DNA from: Acidimicrobiales bacterium
GTDB taxonomy: Bacteria; Actinomycetota; Acidimicrobiia; Acidimicrobiales; Aldehydirespiratoraceae
Length of the DNA stretch: 64,000 bases
Direction: 5' to 3'
NCBI GenBank assembly: GCA_965214285.1
Contig: OZ243946.1
Coordinates: 2,017,207-2,081,206, forward strand
The notes beneath the pieces were generated by a model. That model was not told the DNA's origin and did no database searches. It saw only the letters and a program-made list of their open reading frames with translations. Within the stretch, counting starts at the first letter, position 1, and each line of letters opens with the position of its first letter. Positions 19,334 through 27,082 of the stretch are shown here, in pieces. The position numbers were made by a program, and so were the translations under genes.

Positions 19334-20130
19334 CCACCACCATGAGCCGCTCCGCTGTGGACCCCCGCCTGCGCCGGCGCAGGATCGAGGTGCAGCGCGC
19401 CCAGGGCCGCAGGAGGCTCAAATGGGCAGCCGCAGTCCTGGCCGTGGTGCTGGCAGGCGTCGGCGTCTACTCCCTCACCAAGTCCCGATTCCTGGATCTG
19501 GACGCGGTCGAGATCGGCGGCGTGTCGGTACAGCGCCAGGCCATGGTCGAAGGCGCCGTGACCGTCGAGCTGGGAACGCCGCTGGTCGACCTGGACACCG
19601 CTCAGATCGCGGCCTCGGTGAGCGCCCTGCCCTGGGTTCACAGCGTCGAGGTCCGCCGCCGCTGGCCGTCGTCGCTGCACATCGATGTCACCGAGCGCAC
19701 ACCTGTGGCCGTGCTGCCCGACGGCAGGGGCGGGCTCGTGCTGGTCGACAGCGAGGGCATCGCCATGGCCACGGCGAGGTTCCAGACCGGCACCAGGCTG
19801 CCGTTGATCGATGTCGTCGCCACGGGCGTCCTCGGCGACGAGCAGACAGCGGTGCTGGGTGCCCTGGCCGTGGTGGACGCCATGCCGGCCGACCTCGCCC
19901 CGTGGGTCGATGCCGTCACCCTCTCAGCGGACCAGCGGCTCGGCATCGACCTCACGGGCTCGGCCCGCGCCGAGCTCGGCGACGCCTCCCACGCCGCCGA
20001 CAAACTGGCCGCGCTTCGCTCCGTGCTCGCCTCGGTGGAGCTGCGCTGCATCGACGTGATCGACGTGCGGGTGGCCGACCTGGCGACTGTGAGACGCGAC
20101 CCGGTGTGCGTGCTGGACACGCTGCAGTGA
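19330..20130 (+). CDS. ftsQ: Cell division protein FtsQ (POTRA domain)
   Basis: 266 aa. The GTGA overlaps the murB stop codon. It has a basic N-tail, one TM helix (AAAVLAVVLAGVGVYSL), a POTRA-like segment (VEIGGVSVQ...VSALPWVHSVEVRRRWPSSLHIDVTERTPVAV), and sits immediately before ftsZ. Confidence 0.85.
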   Translation: MTTTMSRSAVDPRLRRRRIEVQRAQGRRRLKWAAAVLAVVLAGVGVYSLTKSRFLDLDAVEIGGVSVQRQAMVEGAVTVELGTPLVDLDTAQIAASVSALPWVHSVEVRRRWPSSLHIDVTERTPVAVLPDGRGGLVLVDSEGIAMATARFQTGTRLPLIDVVATGVLGDEQTAVLGALAVVDAMPADLAPWVDAVTLSADQRLGIDLTGSARAELGDASHAADKLAALRSVLASVELRCIDVIDVRVADLATVRRDPVCVLDTLQ

Positions 20131-20312
20131 GCCGCGCAGCCTTGCCGTCGTCTGTGCCGCTGTCCGGGTGCCTGCGCGGCGCTGCTCACATGTCGCCTGC
20201 AATACCGACCTCAGGCGCGGCCAAAGGGTACGGTTGTCGTCGTCGTGCTGTGGCGCACGCTGCCAGGACATCACACGATGCCTGTTGACCTTCCCAACGA
20301 GGATGCTCACCC

Positions 20313-21413
20313 ATGACTGAACCACAGAACTATCTCGCCATGATCAAGATCGTCGGCGTCGGCGGCGGCGGCGTCAACGCCGTCAACCGCATGATCGACG
20401 CGGGCCTCAAGGGCGTCGAGTTCATCGCCGTCAACACCGACGCCCAGGCGCTGGTGCTGAGCGACGCCCACGAGAAGCTCGACATCGGCCAGGATCTCAC
20501 GAGGGGGCTGGGCGCAGGCTCGGACCCCGAGATCGGCCGCGAAGCAGCCGAGGCCCATGTCGACGAGATCCGCGAGATGCTCGCCAGCGCCGACATGGTG
20601 TTCATCGCCGCGGGCGAGGGCGGCGGCACCGGCACCGGGGCCGCGCCGGTGATCGCCGAGATCGCCAAGAGCCAGGGGGCGCTGACCATCGGCGTCGTCA
20701 CCAGGCCTTTCGCCTTCGAGGGGCGGCGCCGGTCGGTGCAGGCCGAACAGGGCATCCACAAGCTCAAGGAGAAGGTCGACACCACGATCGTCATCCCCAA
20801 CGAGCGCCTGCTGGGGGTGGCCAACAGCGAGACATCGGTGATCAGCGCCTTCAAGATGGCCGACGAGATCCTCCTGCAGGGCGTGCAGGGCATAACCGAT
20901 CTGGTCACCACGCCGGGCCTGATCAACACCGACTTCGCCGATGTGCGCACCGTGATGTCCGACGCCGGCTCGGCCCTGATGGGCATCGGCACCGGACGCG
21001 GCGAGGGCCGGGCCCTGACCGCGGCTCGTGCCGCCATCTCCAGCCCGCTTCTGGAGGCCTCCATCGAGAACGCCCGCGGCGTGCTGCTCAACATCTCCGG
21101 CGGTCCCGACCTGGGGCTGCTGGAGGTCAACGAAGCCGCCGAGATCATCCACGGGGTGGCTCACCAGGACGCCAACATCATCTTCGGCGCGGTGATCGAC
21201 AACAACATGGAGGACGACGTGCGGGTCACGGTCATCGCAGCGGGCTTCGACCGCTGGGACGACTCCGACGCAGCGCCCTCGGTCGGCTCGGTCCTGCAGT
21301 CCGAGTCCCAGGGCGCCGGGCTGACCGGCGAGGTGCCCATCGCCGACGTCTTCGCCACCGACGACGACCTGGATCTCGACGACGACTTCGACGTGCCGTC
21401 GTTCCTGAAATAG
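20313..21413 (+). CDS. ftsZ: Cell division GTPase FtsZ
   Basis: 366 aa with [17 protein letters not shown], the tubulin signature [20 protein letters not shown] and the C-terminal peptide [11 protein letters not shown]. The RBS GAGGA lies upstream. Confidence 0.98.
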   Translation: MTEPQNYLAMIKIVGVGGGGVNAVNRMIDAGLKGVEFIAVNTDAQALVLSDAHEKLDIGQDLTRGLGAGSDPEIGREAAEAHVDEIREMLASADMVFIAAGEGGGTGTGAAPVIAEIAKSQGALTIGVVTRPFAFEGRRRSVQAEQGIHKLKEKVDTTIVIPNERLLGVANSETSVISAFKMADEILLQGVQGITDLVTTPGLINTDFADVRTVMSDAGSALMGIGTGRGEGRALTAARAAISSPLLEASIENARGVLLNISGGPDLGLLEVNEAAEIIHGVAHQDANIIFGAVIDNNMEDDVRVTVIAAGFDRWDDSDAAPSVGSVLQSESQGAGLTGEVPIADVFATDDDLDLDDDFDVPSFLK

Positions 21414-21417
21414 CGAA

Positions 21418-22092
21418 GTGCTCGTTCGGCGTGTCCCCGCCGGACGGGACATGCTCGCCGAGATCTGCTTCACCGAGCGCTCCGACGGCGACTTCCGCAT
21501 CGACGCTCCGGCCGGCGCTCTCGCGGCGCGGCGCCAGGCGGTGATGCCCGGCGGCTGGACCTGGCTGCGACAGGTCCACGGCAGCGCCGTGCAGATCGTG
21601 GCCGCGCCCGGCGACCGCGCCGGCTCACAGGCCGACGTGGCGCTCACCCGCTGTGCCGAGGCGGTGCTGGCTGTGCAGACCGCCGACTGTGCCCCTGTGT
21701 GCCTGGTCGGCGACGCCGAGATAGCGGTCGCCCACGCGGGCTGGCGCGGCCTGGTGGCGGGCGTGCTCGGTGCTGCGGTCGACGCCATGGCGACCCCGGC
21801 TCACGAGCTGCGCGTGCTGATCGGCCCCTGCATCCGCCCCGCCCGCTACGAGTTCGGCCTCGCAGAGCTGGCCGAGGTGGCCGCCGTCGCCGGGGAGGCT
21901 GCCCGCTCGCTCACCTCGCAGGGTGCGCCGGCGCTCGATGTGGCCGCCGCGGCGGTCTCGATCCTGAAACGAGCCGGAGTGTCCGACATCGAGGATCTGG
22001 GACACGACACGGCCGACGAGCGCTGGTTCTCGCATCGCGTACGCGGCGACAGCGCCCGCCAGGCAACGGCGCTGCGCCTGATCGCCCCATGA
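21418..22092 (+). CDS. pgeF: Purine-nucleoside phosphorylase/laccase-domain protein PgeF (YfiH/YlmD)
   Basis: The sequence contains LRQVHGSAV, QTADCAPV, AHAGWRG, IGPCI and WFSHR, the conserved YfiH motifs. The track start is a GTG at 21418; the ATG at 21451 (MLAEICFTERSDGDF) is an equally plausible start. Confidence 0.88.
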   Translation: MLVRRVPAGRDMLAEICFTERSDGDFRIDAPAGALAARRQAVMPGGWTWLRQVHGSAVQIVAAPGDRAGSQADVALTRCAEAVLAVQTADCAPVCLVGDAEIAVAHAGWRGLVAGVLGAAVDAMATPAHELRVLIGPCIRPARYEFGLAELAEVAAVAGEAARSLTSQGAPALDVAAAAVSILKRAGVSDIEDLGHDTADERWFSHRVRGDSARQATALRLIAP

Positions 22093-22796
22093 CTGCCGAC
22101 GCCGCCCTCAGCACCGAGATAGCCGAGCGCCTGGCCAAGGTGCGTACGCGCATCGAGTCCGCAGGCGGCAGCGACGTCACGCTGGTCGGCGTCACCAAGG
22201 CCTTCGGCATCGAGGCGATCGAGGCCGCGATGCACGCGGGCCTCAGCGACATCGGCGAGAGCTACGCCCAGGAAGCCCTGGCCAAACTGTCCGAATTGGC
22301 CGAACTGGTCGAGCCGGCTCGTCTCGAGGCGCTGCCTCGGGTGCATTTCGTGGGCCGCCTGCAGCGCAACAAGGTGCGCCGCCTGGCCGGTCTCGTCGAC
22401 GTCTGGCAGTCCGTGGACCGCGCCGAGCTGGGCGCCGAGATCGCCAAGCGGGCGCCGGGGGCGACGGTGCTCATTCAGGTCGACATCAGCGGAGAGCCCG
22501 CCAAGGGGGGAGTGGCGCCCGACGAGGCGCCGCGGCTGCTGCACACGCTGCGCACTCAGGGCCTCGACGTCGCGGGCGTGATGGGCATCGCAGCGCTGGG
22601 GCCCCCCGGCGAAGCGCGTCGGGGATTCCGGATGCTGCGGCGCCTGCGCGACCAGCTCGGCCTGGCGGAGTGCTCGATGGGCATGAGCGCCGATCTGGAG
22701 ATCGCCGTCGACGAGGGCGCCACGATGGTGCGCGTCGGAACCGACGTTTTCGGGCCGCGGCCCGCAATCCGCCCGCCGCGCAGCGCCAGGCATTAG
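22089..22796 (+). CDS. yggS: PLP-binding homeostasis protein YggS (YlmE)
   Basis: The ATG at 22089 overlaps the pgeF stop codon (ATGA). Motifs are LVGVTKAF (PLP Lys), HFVGRLQRNKV, LSMGMSADLEIAV and VRVGTDVFG. Confidence 0.92.
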   Translation: MTADAALSTEIAERLAKVRTRIESAGGSDVTLVGVTKAFGIEAIEAAMHAGLSDIGESYAQEALAKLSELAELVEPARLEALPRVHFVGRLQRNKVRRLAGLVDVWQSVDRAELGAEIAKRAPGATVLIQVDISGEPAKGGVAPDEAPRLLHTLRTQGLDVAGVMGIAALGPPGEARRGFRMLRRLRDQLGLAECSMGMSADLEIAVDEGATMVRVGTDVFGPRPAIRPPRSARH

Positions 22797-22823
22797 CCTC
22801 GCTGCCAGCGAAGGGAGGCAATC

Positions 22824-23402
22824 GTGTCCATGTTCAAGAAGACGATGATCTATCTGGGTCTGGGCCCCGACTCCGAGTACGAGCAGCACGACGACTTCAT
22901 GCACGCCCATGCCGCTGAGCCTGCTGACCCCGGCGACTACCGGGGCGTCGACAGCCCGGCCGTCGCGGCCCCTCCGCCGGGAACGGCGACCGTGCGCCCG
23001 CTGCAGCGCGCCGAGGATCCTGTGAAGGCAGGGCCTGTCGGCTTCGGCAGCGAGCAAGCTCCCGGTGGCCGCGCCGGCGCGCCGCGCTCCGAGACTCATC
23101 CCTCCACCTTCTCGGGCCAGGCGGTGCGCATTGTGGAGACCCCGACCGTGAAGCCCCACGCGGTGAGCCCGACCTCCTTCAATGACGCCCAGTCCATCGG
23201 CGACCGCTTCAAGTCGGGCCAGCCGGTGATCATCAACCTGCAGGGCGTGAACCGCGATGTCCGCCGGCGCATCGTCGACTTCGCCAGCGGTCTCTGTTAC
23301 GCGCTCGCAGGCAAGATGGACCGGGTCGCTGATCAGGTGTACCTGCTCACGCCCAGCGACGTGGTGGTCAGCCGGGCCGACGCCCGTGACGCCCTGCACT
23401 GA
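22824..23402 (+). CDS. sepF: Cell division protein SepF
   Basis: 192 aa with an N-terminal amphipathic MSMFKKTMIYLGLG and a C-terminal SepF domain (SFNDAQSIGDRFKSGQPVIINLQGV...RRIVDFASGLCYALAGKMDRVADQVYLLTP). The RBS GGGAGG lies upstream. Confidence 0.95.
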   Translation: MSMFKKTMIYLGLGPDSEYEQHDDFMHAHAAEPADPGDYRGVDSPAVAAPPPGTATVRPLQRAEDPVKAGPVGFGSEQAPGGRAGAPRSETHPSTFSGQAVRIVETPTVKPHAVSPTSFNDAQSIGDRFKSGQPVIINLQGVNRDVRRRIVDFASGLCYALAGKMDRVADQVYLLTPSDVVVSRADARDALH

Positions 23403-23453
23403 CCCGGTGCCCGCGCCCGCTGATCCCGCGCACGTCGAGTCAACGGACGCCTG

Positions 23454-23711
23454 ATGCTGGAGATCATCTGCACGCTGCTGCGGCTGTACCTGATCGCCAT
23501 CTTCGTCAGGGTCGTCCTCAGCTGGTTCCCGATCAACCCCCACGGGGGCTTCGCGGCGATCGCCGGCTTCTTCTACACGATCACCGACGTGGTACTCGGG
23601 CCGCTGCGGCGCGCCGTTCCGGTGCTGCGCCTCGGCGGCATGGGGCTCGACCTCTCGCCGATCATCGTGATCTTCGGGATCATCATCCTCCAGGACATCA
23701 TCGGCTGCTGA
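23454..23711 (+). CDS. yggT: YggT-family membrane protein (YlmG)
   Basis: 85 aa with two TM helices and LLRLYLIAIFVRVVLSWFP...ITDVVLGPLRR, the typical YggT signature. Confidence 0.9.
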   Translation: MLEIICTLLRLYLIAIFVRVVLSWFPINPHGGFAAIAGFFYTITDVVLGPLRRAVPVLRLGGMGLDLSPIIVIFGIIILQDIIGC

Positions 23712-23822
23712 TCCTGCAGGGCGTCATCTGCCGCTGATCCTGCAGGCCCGGCGCTGGCGATCCCGGCAGGGCCGCTTCTGAATCAGACGGCGAAGGTCCG
23801 CCAATCGCAGGTCGGCGCGTCC

Positions 23823-23838
23823 TACTATCCCGCGCATG
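23823..23838 (+). promoter_or_regulatory. Candidate -10 element placing the divIVA ATG at the transcript 5' end (possibly leaderless)
   Basis: TACTAT (23823-23828) is followed by 7 nt and then the ATG at 23836. There is no Shine-Dalgarno sequence upstream. This is pattern-based only. Confidence 0.25.
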
Positions 23839-25431
23839 GATGGCATGCCAGATACATCAGATCCCTTAGCAGAGCCCGCGGCGGACCCCGTCGAGTTCAG
23901 CGTCGTGCGCAAGGGATACGACCGCAGCGAGGTCGATTCCTACATGTGGAGCGTCTCTCGCAAGCAGATGGTTTTCGAGACCCAGCTGGCCGCCTACCGG
24001 GACCGGGCCCGCGCGGCGGAGGAACAGCTCAGCAAGGCCGCAGACGCCGAGCCCCAGGTGTCCGAGGAGACCATCGCCCGCGCCCTGGTGCTCGCCCAGC
24101 ACACTGCGGACACGCTCATCGCCGAGGCCAAGCTGAAGGCCAAGAAGATGTTCGCGGAAGCTCGCAGCAGGGCCGGCGACGCTGCCGCCAAGGGCGACAA
24201 CCACGCCGCTCGCGTGGTGGCGGAGGCCGAGTTCGACAGCAAGCGCATCCTCGATGAGGCAGCAGAGGCCGCCAAGGCCGCCGCCATCGAGGAGCGGGAG
24301 CAGATGGCAGCCGCTATCGACGAGCTCGCCGGGAAGCGCGACATACTCCTGGAAGACGTGAGGCTTCTGGAGGAGCACCTCAGCAAACAGCGGTCGGCAC
24401 TGCTGGAGTCGCTGCGCGAACTGCAAGACCTGGCCGAGCACCCGGAAGCCCTGCGGTTGGCTGCACCGCCGGAGACGTCGAACCTGCAGGCGCCCTCCGT
24501 TCCCCTCACTGCCGAGGCGCCCGACCCTGTTGCCGCGCCCGCCCCTGTTGCTGCGCCCGCTGTGCCTGTCGACGCCGAAGCAGTCGACACCCCCGATCTT
24601 GCCATCGTGTCCGACGCATCCGAGACAGCCGAGGCCCCTGACCCTGGTGCGCCGGCCGACGCGCCCGACGCCTCAGAGGTGCTCGAGACTCCTGGCGCTG
24701 CTGCGCATGCAGAGTCCGCCGGGCCGGTCGACAATGTCGTGCCCGAGGACATCGGCGCGTCTGGCGAGCCTGCTGCGCCTGCTCCGCGGGCCGGGCCTGT
24801 CGACCCCGTTGAGCCGGCCGGCCCGTTCGCGGCTCTCAGCCGTCTGCACAACGCCGAGACTGCGGAGCCTGCCGGCGCCGTCGACACTGCCGGCTCGCCT
24901 GGCGCCGAGACGGAGACCAGGGGCGACGATCTCTTCTCCGCCTATGCGCTCCGCACCGAAGAGGTGCCGACGGCGGATCCGGCTGTCCGGCCGGTGGCAG
25001 CGCCGCAGCCTCTGGCCCCGCCTGGGCCTGCGCCTTCCGCCGAGCAGCAGTCGCTTCCGCCGGTGATGCTCACCATGCCAGAGGTCGAGGGAGGCGTGAC
25101 CGCAGGCGCCGAGTTCGACCTGGGGGCCACAGCCCCCTTCCCGGTGATCGAAGTACCCGACGACGGCCCTGCCGCCGATGCTCAGCGCCCAGCTCCGCCC
25201 GCCAGATCAGGGCAGTCTGCCAGATCAGGGCAGTCTGCCGGTTCAGCGCCGCCCGCCGGCTCAGCGCAGTCTGATGAGCAGGATCCGCCATATGCGGCCG
25301 ACAGCTTTCTCGAGCAGCTCCGTGAGGCCGTGTCCTCCCCGGGTGCTCAGCCGGTCGAGGACCCATTCACGGCATTCTTCGAGCAGGACGACGACCACAA
25401 GGAGCGCTCCTGGTTCGGTCGACGGCGCTGA
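23836..25431 (+). CDS. divIVA: DivIVA/Wag31-family polar scaffold protein with a long Pro/Ala-rich tail
   Basis: 531 aa. The N-terminal DivIVA motif is FSVVRKGYDRSEVDSYM. A long coiled-coil region covers about aa 45-210. The C-terminal 320 aa or so are P/A/E-rich and low-complexity. Confidence 0.88.
   Translation: MDGMPDTSDPLAEPAADPVEFSVVRKGYDRSEVDSYMWSVSRKQMVFETQLAAYRDRARAAEEQLSKAADAEPQVSEETIARALVLAQHTADTLIAEAKLKAKKMFAEARSRAGDAAAKGDNHAARVVAEAEFDSKRILDEAAEAAKAAAIEEREQMAAAIDELAGKRDILLEDVRLLEEHLSKQRSALLESLRELQDLAEHPEALRLAAPPETSNLQAPSVPLTAEAPDPVAAPAPVAAPAVPVDAEAVDTPDLAIVSDASETAEAPDPGAPADAPDASEVLETPGAAAHAESAGPVDNVVPEDIGASGEPAAPAPRAGPVDPVEPAGPFAALSRLHNAETAEPAGAVDTAGSPGAETETRGDDLFSAYALRTEEVPTADPAVRPVAAPQPLAPPGPAPSAEQQSLPPVMLTMPEVEGGVTAGAEFDLGATAPFPVIEVPDDGPAADAQRPAPPARSGQSARSGQSAGSAPPAGSAQSDEQDPPYAADSFLEQLREAVSSPGAQPVEDPFTAFFEQDDDHKERSWFGRRR
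25201..25272 (+). repeat. Four 18-nt tandem units inside the divIVA tail
   Basis: GCCAGATCAGGGCAGTCT occurs twice perfectly (25201-25236), followed by two diverged units. Together they encode ARSGQS-ARSGQS-AGSAPP-AGSAQS. Confidence 0.8.
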
Positions 25432-25537
25432 CCGGCTGAGCTTGGGGTTCAGCAGCGCAGAAGTCCGCGCTGACGCTTAGACTCCCGGCACGCGATCCCC
25501 GGCATGGCGGATCGCGCAAGGGGAGAGGACCACCTCG

Positions 25538-27064
25538 ATGGCCACAAGCAAGAAGTCGGCAGCCCCCGCCGATAACGCACCCGCCAAGCGACCAGCCAAG
25601 AAAGCCCCGGCGAAGAAGGCCCCAGCCAAGAGAGCCGCCCCGGCGAAGAAGGCTGCCCCTGCAAAGAAGGCTGCGCCAGCCAAGAAGGCCCCGGCGAAGA
25701 GGGCTGCGCCGGTCAAGAAGGCCCCGGCCAAGAAGGCTCCGGCGAAGAAGGCACCCGCCAAGCGTGCTGCGCCGAAGAAGGCTGCGCCCGCCAAGAAGGC
25801 CCCGGCCAAGAAGGCGCCCGCCAAGCGGCCCACCCGAGCCAAGAAGGCTGCGCCGGTCAAGAAGGCGCCCGCCAAGCGGCCCACCCGAGCCAAGAAGGCT
25901 GCGCCCGCCAAGAAGGCCGCCCCGGCCAAGAAGGCTCCGGCGAAGAAGGCAGCAGCTAAGCGCCCTGCACCGAAGAAGGCTGCCCCCGCCAAGAAGGCGG
26001 TGAAGAAGGCGCCCGCCAAGCGGCCCACCCGAGCCAAGAAGGCTGCGCCGGTCAAGAAGGCACCGGCCAAGCGCCCTGCGCCGAAGAAGGCCCCGGTCAA
26101 GAAGGCGGCCCCGGCCAAGAAGAAGGCGCCCGTCAAGCGTGCTGCGCCGAAGAAGGCTGCCCCCGCCAAGAAGGCTCCGGCGAAGAAGGCTGCCCCCGCA
26201 AAGAAGGCGGTGAAGAAGGCGCCCGCCAAGCGGCCAGCGCCGAAGAAGGCGGCTGCGGCCAAGAAGGCCCCGGCCAAGAAGGTCCCGGCGAAGAGGGCGG
26301 CCCCGGCGAAGAAGGCGGTGAAGAAGGCGCCCGCCAAGCGGCCAGCGCCGAAGAAGGCGGCTGCGGCCAAGAAGGCCCCGGCGAAGAAGGTCCCGGCGAA
26401 GAGGGCGGCCCCGGCGAAGAAGGCCCCTGCAAAGCGTGCTGCGCCGAAGAAGGCTGCCCCCGCAAAGAAGGCGGTGAAGAAGGCGCCAGCCAAGCGCTCT
26501 GCGCCGAAGAAGGCTGCCCCCGCAAAGAAGGCGGTGAAGAAGGCGCCCGCCAAGCGCCCTGCGCCCAAGAAGGCGGTCAAGAAGGCGCCCGCCAAGCGCC
26601 CAGCGCCGAAGAAGGCGGTCAAGAAAGCCCCTGCCAAGAAGAAGGCCCCCAAGAAGAAGAAGGCCGCCAAGAAGAAGCCCGCCAAGCCGAAGTTCTCGGC
26701 GAAGTTCATCGCCTCGATGAAGGAGAAGCTGCTGATCGAGCGCGGCAAGTACCAGCACTCCGAGGAGAGCTACCGCGCCGAGGCCGAGTCGCTTCTCGAG
26801 GCCCGAGAGCCCGGCGACACCGTGTTCGACGAGGAGTCAGGCGAGGGCGACAGCCTGGCAGTGGAGCGCGAGCGCGACCTCGCCCTCTCCGCCCAGGCCC
26901 ACAACACCGTCGACCAGATCGACGCAGCCCTGGCGCGAATCGAGTCCGGCAGCTACGGGATCTGCGTCGTCTCCGGCCTCCCCATCCCCAAGGAACGCCT
27001 CGAGGCGATCCCCTGGGCGGCCGAGCGGGTGGAATACAAGGTGGGCCGTCTGGGCGGGTTCTGA
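25538..27064 (+). CDS. Fusion protein: N-terminal lysine/alanine/proline-rich histone H1-like repeat region plus a C-terminal DksA/TraR-like domain with a degenerate zinc finger
   Basis: 508 aa. Residues 5-388 or so are almost entirely A, K, P, R and V (PAKKA, AKRPA and KKAV repeats). Residues 389-508 read KFIASMKEKLLIERGKY...DEESGEGDSLAVERERDLALSAQAHNTVDQIDAALARIESGSYGICVVSGLPIPKERLEAIPWAAERVEYK, matching the actinobacterial TraR/DksA family except at the cysteines. The RBS GGGGAGAGG lies upstream. Confidence 0.85.
   Translation: MATSKKSAAPADNAPAKRPAKKAPAKKAPAKRAAPAKKAAPAKKAAPAKKAPAKRAAPVKKAPAKKAPAKKAPAKRAAPKKAAPAKKAPAKKAPAKRPTRAKKAAPVKKAPAKRPTRAKKAAPAKKAAPAKKAPAKKAAAKRPAPKKAAPAKKAVKKAPAKRPTRAKKAAPVKKAPAKRPAPKKAPVKKAAPAKKKAPVKRAAPKKAAPAKKAPAKKAAPAKKAVKKAPAKRPAPKKAAAAKKAPAKKVPAKRAAPAKKAVKKAPAKRPAPKKAAAAKKAPAKKVPAKRAAPAKKAPAKRAAPKKAAPAKKAVKKAPAKRSAPKKAAPAKKAVKKAPAKRPAPKKAVKKAPAKRPAPKKAVKKAPAKKKAPKKKKAAKKKPAKPKFSAKFIASMKEKLLIERGKYQHSEESYRAEAESLLEAREPGDTVFDEESGEGDSLAVERERDLALSAQAHNTVDQIDAALARIESGSYGICVVSGLPIPKERLEAIPWAAERVEYKVGRLGGF
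26198..26413 (+). repeat. Near-identical 108-nt tandem duplication inside the lysine-rich gene
   Basis: Unit 1 (26198-26305) and unit 2 (26306-26413) differ at 2 of 108 nt. Both encode AKKAVKKAPAKRPAPKKAAAAKKAPAKKVPAKRAAP. The whole 25550-26700 region is a lower-order AAGAAGGC(N) repeat landscape. Confidence 0.9.
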
Positions 27065-27082
27065 GCGCCCGGCAAGTTCTGG

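Noticed and set aside
23707-23746. A 14-nt direct repeat, GCTGATCCTGCAGG, occurring twice 26 nt apart at the yggT stop codon. A similar imperfect duplication, CCAGGG..CGCCGGTGAC, lies at 49771-49822 around the purN start
   Set aside because: Both are short, isolated duplications with no associated ORF, structure or further copies in the window. They are most simply local slippage or duplication scars. The second copy at 49785 is out of frame with purN.
25550-26700. A highly repetitive DNA region that could be mistaken for a CRISPR array or a satellite
   Set aside because: There is no alternation of constant repeats with unique spacers. The periodicity is codon-based (multiples of 3, encoding K/A/P), and the region lies inside one continuous ORF.
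25367-26758. Two long minus-strand ORFs (463 and 423 aa) made of LLGR/FFAGA repeats opposite the lysine-rich gene
   Set aside because: They are the mirror image of the AAGAAGGC coding repeat. The plus-strand frame continues into a well-recognised DksA/TraR domain and has an RBS; the antisense frames have neither.
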